64,000 bases of DNA from Candidatus Micrarchaeota archaeon CG1_02_47_40. Lineage in GTDB: Archaea; Micrarchaeota; Micrarchaeia; Anstonellales; CG1-02-47-40. Positions 55,959 through 64,000 of the stretch are shown in pieces. Within the stretch, counting starts at the first letter, position 1; every line of letters starts with the position of its first letter. The stretch lies in assembly GCA_001871475.1 (NCBI GenBank), contig MNVE01000016.1, positions 197,343 through 261,342 of the forward strand. The letters are read 5' to 3'. A model generated the notes under the pieces. That model was not told the DNA's origin. It was given only the letters and a program-made list of their open reading frames with translations, and did no database searches. A program made the translations under genes and the position numbers.

Positions 55959-57047
55959 ATGAATAGATTGCATAGATGTGTTGTTTCCATAGGGGGGGCG
56001 GGAAGGGACGGGATTGCCTGGATAAAGAAAATGCCAGCCGTGATTTTTCCTCCATTTCATCCGGCAAACTGGAAAAAACCAAGAAAGGGACGCTTGCCAG
56101 TTATTTCTGCGCCTCTTGCAGAAGATCTCTCTCGCCAAAAACCTGCGCATGTTCCTTTTTTCAGGCATGGCGGCGCCCCTAGAATACTGTCTGAACAGCA
56201 GTTCCTGAAGAACGAACCTTCTCCTTTTGCGGAAGGGCTGGAAAAGCAGGCGGAAGCGTATAATGGACTGGTCTTTGGCATTGCAAGCAGGCTTTGCGAA
56301 GAAAGGGCGGATGAAAAAAAGGAAATTGACGCTCTCCGCATGATTGTAAAGAAGATACGGAGAACCGTCAAGGTTGCGCATGACGCCGGGGAGCCTTTCC
56401 TCTCGGAATCGCTTGAAAGGGGAAATTGGAGCGCGGATTCGCTTGCGTTTCTTCTTTTTGACGTCTGCAGGAGCCTTAGGCTGGAGCCTAGAATGATTGA
56501 CACCCCGAACGGGCTGTTTGTGGCAAACGGAAAATTCGTGATTGACTCGGTTATGCTGCAGGTTATTTCGCGCAAAAATTTTGATGCGGAAAAACGACAC
56601 GTCTGCCGTGAGACTTCGGATGCGGTTGAAATGCAGTATCTTCATCATATGCACATTGCCTACGCAGGGGTTAAGGGCGATTTCTGGGGGGCGGTCAGGG
56701 AAGCCGATAGGGCGGCGAAGCTGAACCCGAACTGCGCCTGCGCGCAACTTGCGAAAGCCATGTTTTACGGGGAGGCGGGGGATTTTCGGAATGCCCTTGC
56801 ATGCTACAACAAGGCGCTGGAAATTGCGCCAGAAGAGGAAACCCTTATTCACGCGCGGGCTGTTTTTTTTGAGAAATTCGGCTGTTTTGAGGATGCGGCA
56901 GGCGGATATATGCGGCTGGCGCGGGCGCATCCGGAAAACTTTTCGTATAAGTTTATGCTTTATTATGCGCTGAAGCAGCTTGAACGCCTGCGCCGGGGGA
57001 GCTCGGATGCGGGCGGGCAAGAGGGGCGGAAGGCGCAGACCGCTTAG
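55959..57047 (+). CDS. TPR protein with inactive transglutaminase-like (SirB1-like) domain
   Basis: ALACYNKALEIAP TPRs; RGNWSADSLAFLL and TPNGLFV lack the Cys/His. Confidence 0.65.
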   Translation: MNRLHRCVVSIGGAGRDGIAWIKKMPAVIFPPFHPANWKKPRKGRLPVISAPLAEDLSRQKPAHVPFFRHGGAPRILSEQQFLKNEPSPFAEGLEKQAEAYNGLVFGIASRLCEERADEKKEIDALRMIVKKIRRTVKVAHDAGEPFLSESLERGNWSADSLAFLLFDVCRSLRLEPRMIDTPNGLFVANGKFVIDSVMLQVISRKNFDAEKRHVCRETSDAVEMQYLHHMHIAYAGVKGDFWGAVREADRAAKLNPNCACAQLAKAMFYGEAGDFRNALACYNKALEIAPEEETLIHARAVFFEKFGCFEDAAGGYMRLARAHPENFSYKFMLYYALKQLERLRRGSSDAGGQEGRKAQTA

Positions 57048-57086
57048 CTTTCTTTTTTAAACTCTTTTCAACAAAATATAATTAGT

Positions 57087-57223
57087 GGGCTCGTGGCGCA
57101 GCGGTAGCGCGCGTGCTTTGCAGTTGAGCAAGAGACGTCTTCTCAAACAAAAAAGCACGAGGCCGTGGGTTCGCGCCCCTAAAATTTTATTTTGGAGGCG
57201 GCTCAAAAATCCCACCGAGTCCA
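57087..57223 (+). tRNA. tRNA-Ala(UGC) with two introns (57123-57153 at 37/38; 57173-57206 at 56/57)
   Basis: Acceptor GGGCTCG/CGAGTCC with G3:U70; anticodon arm CGTGC-TTTGCA|A-GCACG; T-loop TTC|AAAT; both junctions form BHBs. Confidence 0.93.
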
Positions 57224-57227
57224 CTTT

Positions 57228-57653
57228 TCATATCTTTATCTGATTTCCGCCATTGTCTATCGTGTAGTCTGAGTCGAACTTCTCAATCGCAAAGAGGATT
57301 TTTGCAAGCGTTTCCTTCCTGTTTCCGAATTTTGCCTCCGCGAGCGCATTCCTTATTGCTTCGCACAGCTTGACTATTCTGCCGGCTTCGTTCGCAAAAG
57401 ACGTGTCGGTTTGTGCCAGCTCTTTTTTCAGATTTTCAATTTTCGCCCGCAGTTTTCTTGTTTCTGCAGTTTCTCCGCTTTTTTGAGTGAGTTGCCGTAT
57501 GCGCCCCGGCACGCGGCATTTTCCCCCAACGCCCGTTTGGTGCGGCTCCGGTGCGGGCTTTATGCCGAAACGAATTCTTCTGCTTGTGGTTTCCCCGCCA
57601 GCTGTTTTTTGCGTGGAATGGCTCCATTTGTTATGCGCAGTTAATTTAGTCAT
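57228..57653 (-). CDS. Hypothetical basic coiled-coil protein
   Basis: AGGTGA SD and TTATAA upstream. Confidence 0.55.
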   Translation of the reverse strand: MTKLTAHNKWSHSTQKTAGGETTSRRIRFGIKPAPEPHQTGVGGKCRVPGRIRQLTQKSGETAETRKLRAKIENLKKELAQTDTSFANEAGRIVKLCEAIRNALAEAKFGNRKETLAKILFAIEKFDSDYTIDNGGNQIKI

Positions 57654-57737
57654 GAATATCACCTGTGTTAGATTATGCACAAGCGTATTTATAAGCATTG
57701 TCTTTTTGCGGGAAATTGGAGAAACCCCCAAGAAAGG

Positions 57738-57745
57738 TTTATAAA
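57738..57745 (+). promoter_or_regulatory. Independent 23S rRNA promoter
   Basis: GAAAGG-TTTATAAA-CA...GCCACC. Confidence 0.6.
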
Positions 57746-59911
57746 CAAATCTCTGCTTAACATATGCCACCCTTTTGAGCCGGAAAGTTAAAGGAGAGGC
57801 TTAAACATCAGCGTCCCTCGTGAAGGGGTTGCGATGCATGAATTATCACCCCTTAGGGTAGGTAATCTCAAACGGGTTGACGCATCCTGATGTTTTTGGG
57901 AGCGGATTCCAAGAGTATGAAGAAAAGTCGCATTTACAAAGTAGTAGAAGAAAGGATATGATATGTTTGTTACTGCCGGGCAGTGGATAGCTTGGCTTGG
58001 GCAAAATGCGGATCGTGGCAAGCTGCGAAATGCTCGGGGTAGGCGCAGGCAGCCTGTAATCCCGAGGTAATCCGTTTAATACGCGGGGAATCGAAACATC
58101 CTATTACCCGCAGGAAGAGAGAACAATTGTGATTTGGTAAGTAAGGGCGACTGAAAGCCAAAAAGGGCAACCTGAATACCCAACTGTAAGGTTGGGAAGA
58201 TGTGGGGCCGCCAACAACGCAAGTTGTTGGGCTGTGCTCGCAAGAGCACTTAAGTAACATCCGCCGCACTAGGGGAAGCTCCTGAAAAGGGGCGCCAAAG
58301 AGGGTGAAAGCCCCGTACCCGAAAAGCAGGCGGAGAAAGGCACAAAGAGTAGCGTCCATTGAGTATTGGACGCAAATATGGCGGTATCGATCGCCAACCC
58401 TAAACATACCCCAAGACCGATAGCGAAGAAGTAGCGCGAGCGAAAGCTGAAAAGGACCCCGAAAGGGGTGTTAAAAGAACTTGAAACTGTCCGGCTACAG
58501 TTTGATGCGGCATGAAAGCGTTAATATCTCCCGAAGCTACCGACCGAAAGGAAGGGTGCGAGGGGGATTCAGCGGTGTCGCATCCTCCTTCTATAAGCAA
58601 GGGCCAGGGAGTTTCTACCTGCGGCAAGGCGAGAGCCGGAGCGAAAGCGAGTGCGAAAGCGCGAAACAGTCGTTGGTAGCAGACCCGAAGCTGATGTGAG
58701 CTATACGTGGATAGGGCGAAGCCGGCCTGACGGCCGGTGGAGGCCCGCAACCAGTGCTAGTATATTCTGCTTGGGTGATCTACGTATAGGGGTGATAGTC
58801 CAGTCGAACTCAGCAATAGCGGGCTCCCCCCGAAGTATATCTCAGTATAGCGCCGCGGGAGTTGTTGCGCAAGGTAGAGCACTGATCGGAGAGTACGGGC
58901 CCGAGAGGGCTCACTTTCTTGTCAAACTCCGAATTTGCGCAAAACGAAGAACGCGGCAGTAGGCTTCTCTCGGGTAAGCCGAGAGGACTTTACGGGAACA
59001 ACCGGTACCGCGGTTAAGGTCCCAAAATTCTGGTTAAGTGTGACTCTCAAGGGGTCTCCAGTCTAAGACAGCTGGAAGGTAGGCTTAGAAGCAGCCATCC
59101 TTCAAACAACGCGTAATAGCGGACCAGCCGAGATTGCGGACCCCGAAGATGCTCGGGGCTAAATCAGATACCGATACCGCGGAATGGCGCACTGTTAGGT
59201 GCGCGCAATTTGGTAGGGGGGCGAACCGGTCGGGCAGAAGCGCGGGTGTGAACTCGCGTGGACCGGCCGGCTATGAAAATCCTGGTATTAGTAGCAGCAT
59301 ATCCAGGCGAGAATCCTGGACGCCGAAAGTACACGGTTTCCTTGGCCATGTTCTTCAGCCAAGGGTAAGGCGATCCTAAGCACGAGGCTAATTGCCAACT
59401 GTGCAAAAGGGAAACCGGTTAAAATTCCGGTCCCGGATAGATAGGCGCGGCAACGCATGATGCGTTCCTGACGTTTTGGGGTAGGTGCAGTGGAGGAGAC
59501 TCCATTTAAGCAAGATAAGCCTTCGGAGACTCATTGTGAGGAGAAGAAGGCTAAATTTGCGAGCGGCCGCACGGTTGCGCCAAGCCCCGGAGCCCTTGAA
59601 AAGGGAACGCGTAACGATTCTATCCGACCGTACCTAGAACCAGTACAGGTGATACTGGCAGAAAAAGCCAAGGCGTGGCAGGACAACTCTCGTAAGGGAA
59701 CTTGGCAAGTTAGTGGCGTAACTTCGGGATAAGCCATGCCTGCGGGCCTTTGCGGGCCTGCAGGTCTCAGTAACAAGGGGAGACCGACTGTTTACCAAAA
59801 ACACAGGTCATCGCAGAGCCGAAAGGCTAAGTACGATGGCCGATGCCTGCTCACTACTGGTACGTTAAACTCCGGTTCAACGGAGCAAAGCGCCAGCAAA
59901 GAGCGGGGGTA

Positions 59912-60505
59912 ATCGTCAGTTCCAATTTTAAACATCAAATGAGCTTGGTTCCATATGCAGAAGTTTGAGGAGTATTTTATAGGCGCACTTCAAGATGCGT
60001 ACGTCGATGAAAAGCGCAATGAGATTCAGCTGTACCAAAAGAATAAGGAATGGCTCGATTTTATTAATGCCAATCTTAAGAAAGATTACGGCATTACTGG
60101 AAAGATTTTCAAAAGAGACGTTTACTTGCTTAGAAAAAGAAGCAAAGCGTTTGTTTTGAAAATTAAAGAGGCAAAAACTAGAATGAATTCTTTTGGCGCG
60201 GATTTCGTCGCAGGGCTTTTTGATTCGGAAGGTTCTGTTTACCTTTCAACAAAATCAAAAATACCCATCATTGATGTAACGCAATCCGAAAAAGGATTGG
60301 AATATCTTAAGTGTGCGCAAAAAATTCTTATGGAGAATGGGATTGATTCGAAACTGAATGGCCCATATAAACATAAGCATGGAAAACTCCTGCAATATCA
60401 TCTGCGCATATATGGAAATAAAAAATGTGGGATATTTTTTAGGTTAATTCCCATTTATTATAAGAATAAGTTTGAGAAATGCTCATTTTGAACTGACGAC
60501 CCCAC
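59912..60505 (+). mobile_element. 23S BHB intron, 594 nt, at 1912/1913 (H69 loop)
   Basis: GGGG-TAA / CCCC-ACA canonical BHB; stem TCGTCAGTTC/GAACTGACGA. Confidence 0.95.
59955..60491 (+). CDS. Intron-encoded LAGLIDADG endonuclease
   Basis: YFIGALQDA, FVAGLFDSEG. Confidence 0.88.
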   Translation: MQKFEEYFIGALQDAYVDEKRNEIQLYQKNKEWLDFINANLKKDYGITGKIFKRDVYLLRKRSKAFVLKIKEAKTRMNSFGADFVAGLFDSEGSVYLSTKSKIPIIDVTQSEKGLEYLKCAQKILMENGIDSKLNGPYKHKHGKLLQYHLRIYGNKKCGIFFRLIPIYYKNKFEKCSF

Positions 60506-60520
60506 ACTCTGACCCTCTTA

Positions 60521-60559
60521 TTTGGCTCTTGCAAGAAATTGCCGGAGCTGATGTGAGAT
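60521..60559 (+). other. 23S mini-intron, 39 nt, at 1927/1928
   Basis: Removal restores CCCTCTTA|AGGTAGCG; internal hairpin; relaxed BHB. Confidence 0.85.
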
Positions 60560-60701
60560 AGGTAGCGTAATACCTCGCCGCTTAATTGGTGGCTTGCATG
60601 AATGGCATAACGCGTCTCCCACTGTCCCTACGAGGGACCTGGTGAACCTACTACTCTGTGAGTATGCAGAGGACTTCTAGGGGGAAACGAAGACCCCGTG
60701 G

Positions 60702-61465
60702 AGTTGGAAACTACTCTCTACCACCGGAAAACTACCGTCTCGGGAGGTTTATAAACAAGGAGAAACGAAAGGGAAAACATATGTTTGAACTTTCTCCCTT
60801 GCTTGCCTACGAGACAGGTGTCCATCTTGGTGACGGAAACTTGACGTACAATAAAAAATGGAACCTTTACAGAATAACTTACGCAGGAAATTCGGAAACG
60901 GATTCCGAATTTTTTGAGTGCGTTCTTCCAAAATTGATTTTCGAAGTTTATGGAAAACGGGTGCGGATTTATCATCCAAAGGGCGAGAAAACCGTTCTTG
61001 TTGTCCTAAACTCAAAGGAAATCGCAAGGTTCAAAATGGATGCGCTTGGGCTTCCTTCAGGAAATAAAAATCAGCTGAAGGAATTTCCAAGGAAGCTTAA
61101 GGAAAAATATCCTGCAGATATTGTACGAGGTTTGGCAGACACTGATTTCTGTCTTTATTTTAAGGATAGGAATAAGGATGGAATTGCCGAGATTCCGATT
61201 ATTGAAGGGTGCTTCTCAAACGAAGCGTTCTGTTCGGAAATCTCGGGGATACTTTTCAGATTGGGGATATTGCATTCTACGCGCAAGGTTGTTTCGCATA
61301 ATAAATATGTGGAACACCGAATACGCGTTGAGGGCAAAGGTCAGTTTTGCAGATGGATGGAAAAAATCGGGTTTTGGAATCCGAAACATCTTGCAAAAGC
61401 AGATGATTATTTTGGGAATTTTCCGGCAGAGTTTTAATTTTTTTAAACCAGTTTCCGACGCGGAT
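60702..61465 (+). mobile_element. 23S BHB intron, 764 nt, at 2070/2071
   Basis: CCGT-GGA / GCGG-ATA BHB; stem GTTGGAAACT/AGTTTCCGAC. Confidence 0.95.
60781..61437 (+). CDS. Intron-encoded LAGLIDADG endonuclease
   Basis: YETGVHLGDG, IVRGLADTD, IGFWNPKH; TTTATAAA at 60748. Confidence 0.92.
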   Translation: MFELSPLLAYETGVHLGDGNLTYNKKWNLYRITYAGNSETDSEFFECVLPKLIFEVYGKRVRIYHPKGEKTVLVVLNSKEIARFKMDALGLPSGNKNQLKEFPRKLKEKYPADIVRGLADTDFCLYFKDRNKDGIAEIPIIEGCFSNEAFCSEISGILFRLGILHSTRKVVSHNKYVEHRIRVEGKGQFCRWMEKIGFWNPKHLAKADDYFGNFPAEF

Positions 61466-61631
61466 AGCTTTACTATAGCCTGCTGTTGAGATACGGTGAT
61501 GGTCGCGGAGCGTAAATGGGAGCCGTTACGCTGCATCTTTCGGGGTGCAGATAGGCGACATTGTAACACCATTCGATCGTTATTGTATTTCTTACCGGAA
61601 GGGACCGCGGCAGGTGGATAGTTTGGCTGGG

Positions 61632-62364
61632 AGTCCGAAGATTTAAGGAAAACAGGAATCAAGCAATGCGTTCTTTCTCACGCCGAGATTCTTGGAACGG
61701 GAGTCGGAAATGCGACTCTCGTCCAGAAATCTGACTTTGGTTGAGAAAATGGAAAGCGAGCGCTTGTCATAAACGCGAAGCCCGTGCGTTGAATGTGAAA
61801 CTCTGATGCCCAAGCTTTCAAAGCAGTTTGAAAGTTGGCTGCGCAGATGAGGATTATAGCATGCGATGTCGATGACTCCGCGCGGATGCGAACGGTCTAT
61901 GGAAATTGAACCGTCGCAGGAGCAGTATGCGCGTAAAAATGCGCATGTAAAAGATTTGGAGAGAAGAATGCTGTTTGGAATTTTGCATTTGGGATGTGTG
62001 CCGTCCGCAAACGGAGCAGTCCTGAATGTTGAAGCTTCCGAAAGCAGTTTTTTTGCGATTGGCACCGAGAAAAACCTCGCTGATTTCGCAGAACCGCAGC
62101 GGTTATAGGAGAAATTTCTTTTTCCGAATTCGCAATTAGTGATGTGCCTGAAATAGTCAAGCATTCCTTCAACAGTATTGGTGAATTGGATGCAGTATGT
62201 CCGTTTTGACTTGTCAAAATAGAGTGAACCGTCTGAAAGAAGCATTGCAAATAGTTGTGCTAAATTTTCGTTCATAATAAAACGAAATGTTTTTTGTTTA
62301 TAAGGGTGCGCAGGGAGTAGAAGTCCGCACCCTCCGATTCCTGCTTACATCTTCGGACCAGCAA
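61632..62364 (+). mobile_element. 23S BHB intron, 733 nt, at G2252/G2253 (P-loop)
   Basis: GCTG-GGA / CAGC-AAG BHB; stem GTCCGAAGAT/ATCTTCGGAC. Confidence 0.95.
61643..62275 (-). CDS. LAGLIDADG endonuclease encoded antisense to the rRNA
   Basis: LFAMLLSDG, FLRAYCSCDG; TTATAAA 22 nt upstream. Confidence 0.9.
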   Translation of the reverse strand: MNENLAQLFAMLLSDGSLYFDKSKRTYCIQFTNTVEGMLDYFRHITNCEFGKRNFSYNRCGSAKSARFFSVPIAKKLLSEASTFRTAPFADGTHPKCKIPNSILLSKSFTCAFLRAYCSCDGSISIDRSHPRGVIDIACYNPHLRSQLSNCFESLGIRVSHSTHGLRVYDKRSLSIFSTKVRFLDESRISDSRSKNLGVRKNALLDSCFP

Positions 62365-62565
62365 GCGGTACATCCTCGATAAGGAAACAAGGATGCCCAA
62401 TGTTCAGCTTAGGTGCGTTAGAAATGCACCGTTAAGGGTAAAGGACAAATGCTGGACTGACTGTGTTCCTAATAGCATGGGACGCAGAGGCGAAAGCCGG
62501 GCCTAACGAACCTTGGCACCCTTTTGATGAGGGTCCAAGCTGTCAGACAAGCTACCCCGGGGGTA

Positions 62566-62610
62566 ATTCCACCGGCGGAGTTTTTTGATTAACTGTCAGT
62601 GGAACTCCAT
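62566..62610 (+). other. 23S mini-intron, 45 nt, at A2450/A2451
   Basis: GGGG-TAA / CTCC-ATA BHB; stem TTCCAC/GTGGAA; restores GGGGTA|ACAGGC. Confidence 0.92.
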
Positions 62611-62632
62611 ACAGGCTCGTCGCGGGCGAGAG

Positions 62633-62878
62633 ACAAATCTCTCCCGATTTTTAATTTAAGGACGATGCTTAAAGGTGTCTTCTATTCTCTAAAGTATTTT
62701 CTGCATTGATATGCAATAGCAAACCCGGCATTCGGGTTTGCTAGCTGTGCCGCACGAAAAGCGTGCGGCACTAAAAAGAAACATCTGGGATACTAAAGGA
62801 TAGTTGAACCTTTAGGCTAGTGTAAGGTTTTCGATACGAAAACTATATCGTCTGGTTTATGGGAGGCATTTGCTCAAA
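62633..62878 (+). other. 23S ORF-less structured BHB intron, 246 nt, at 2472/2473
   Basis: Restores GGCGAGAG|TACCCATCGAC; stem CAAAT/ATTTG; many nested helices. Confidence 0.88.
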
Positions 62879-62999
62879 TACCCATCGACCCCGCGGTTTG
62901 GTACATCGCTGTCGGCCTAGGTCATCCTGGCGGTGCAGGAGCCGCCAATGGTTGGGTTGTTCATCCATTAAAGACCTACACGAGCTGGGTTCAGAACGT

Positions 63000-63730
63000 C
63001 AAGTTGGGCGTTGCTAGGCCGCAAGGCCTTGATAAATAAAATTGGCTCATATCGGTGAAACCTCGCTTTAAAAATATTGCAGACCGCAATGTTTGCAAGA
63101 AAGCGTGGCAATACCGAGGGAAGGCGAGATTTGTGGATTCAACAATGCTTGCGTATATCGCAGGGTTCCTTGATGGAGATGGCAGTATCTTCTTTCAGAT
63201 AGTCAGAAGAAAGGACTACCGTCGGAAATTCCAGATAAGAAGCAGCGTTGCTTTTTATCAGAAGACGGATTCGTGCCGCATTTTAAAGTGGCTCAAGGGA
63301 AGATTGAAAGCGGGGTATATCCGCCATCGCAAAACAGGAATCAGTGATTATACAATTGTCGAATCAAAAGAGGTGGAAAGGATTCTTTCCATTCTACATC
63401 CGTACGTGAAACTGAAGAAAAGACAGCTTGAACTTGGTTTGAAAATTCTGCGCAAACTCAAAAAATCACAAAGCAATAAGGATTTTCTTGGAGTTTGCAG
63501 GCAAGTTGACAAGTTTAAGCTGTTGAATTATTCCAAGAAAAGGACAGTGACATGTTCGGTCGTAAGCAAATCTTTGCCCCTGTAGAGACTGAGGCAGAAG
63601 TGGTCCTGAAAGGAACACGAAAATGCCGAGAGTCCTGCCAAAGGGCAGGGCTAAGACGCCGATCTCCCATGCAGCAAGCGTGGGATGGTGGTATAGTCCA
63701 TGCCATTCCGAAAGGAATGGATTAAACATG
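63000..63730 (+). mobile_element. Group I intron (IA3-like) at U2593
   Basis: P1 AACGTC/GGCGTT with U-G at the splice site; P3 ATTGGC/GCCGAT; P7 GACTG/TAGTC; P7.1/7.2, P8, P9 GAAA; terminal G. Confidence 0.93.
63055..63585 (+). CDS. Single-motif LAGLIDADG endonuclease, I-CreI family
   Basis: YIAGFLDGDGSI, YQKT, SDYTI, PYVKLK, FLGVCRQVD, LNYSKKR; true start may be near 63133. Confidence 0.93.
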   Translation: MKPRFKNIADRNVCKKAWQYRGKARFVDSTMLAYIAGFLDGDGSIFFQIVRRKDYRRKFQIRSSVAFYQKTDSCRILKWLKGRLKAGYIRHRKTGISDYTIVESKEVERILSILHPYVKLKKRQLELGLKILRKLKKSQSNKDFLGVCRQVDKFKLLNYSKKRTVTCSVVSKSLPL

Positions 63731-64000
63731 CGCGAGACAGTTCGGTAGTATCTCCTAGGAGTGTTTCCGCCTGAGAGGAAGAACCCTTAAGTACGAGAGG
63801 AACTTGGGTTCGGCGCCTCTGGTGTACCAGTTGTGCAAAGCACCGCTGGGCAGCTACGCGCTATTGGATAAGACCTGAAAGCATCTAAGGTCGAAGTCAA
63901 TCTCAAAACGAGGCGGATTGGGCGGTCGTAGCAGACGACTTTGATAGAAGGGGGGTGTAAGAGCTAAGCGCAAGCGAGGCTTTCAGCCTGTCCCTTACTA

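Larger units (their letters stand above)
57966..64000 (+). rRNA. rrl: 23S rRNA with seven introns; 3' end just beyond the window
   Basis: GACCGATAGCGAA, GCTTAGAAGCAGCC, GAAGACCCCGTGG, AGTACGAGAGGAAC sarcin-ricin loop; 5' end approximate. Confidence 0.97.

Noticed and set aside
55932-57020. 362-aa minus-strand ORF
   Set aside because: Antisense shadow of the TPR gene
57970-59776. ORFs within 23S (and 16S) exons
   Set aside because: Sequence is conserved rRNA; the ORFs are spurious

Overview
Gene-dense archaeal window. The 16S sequence (5' ACTCCAGTTGATCCTGCTGGA), gene content and leaderless TATA promoters point to a DPANN archaeon, most likely Micrarchaeota (inferred, not searched). The first ~50 kb is mostly housekeeping and metabolic: rfcS, ileS, ogg, GGGP synthase, PINA, sua5, hemK, trmJ, sepF, cdc6, eS26, spt4, rpoE, H+-PPase, ino1 plus a CDP-alcohol phosphatidyltransferase, rpiA, purD/F/Q/SL/M and phoU. 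It also holds a damaged IS200/IS605 tnpB element, toxin-antitoxin genes, two VirB2-like pilins, an intein in inositol-1-phosphate synthase, and many small palindromic insertions and gene-end duplications. The last ~13 kb is a heavily invaded rRNA locus: 16S with 4 BHB introns, tRNA-Ala with 2 introns, and 23S (running off the window end) with 6 BHB introns plus a group I intron. Protein genes separate 16S, tRNA-Ala and 23S. Strongest leads: (1) a promoter cassette (16-bp exact core at identical spacing to TATA) shared by tnpB and an antisense rRNA-intron homing endonuclease; (2) a 16S intron encoding an HTH + PD-(D/E)XK nuclease rather than LAGLIDADG; (3) the ino1 intein; (4) a catalytically dead free-standing LAGLIDADG behind 16S; (5) a family of hairpin insertions. 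All calls come from reading motifs by eye, E. coli rRNA numbering was assigned by eye, and no database searches were run.
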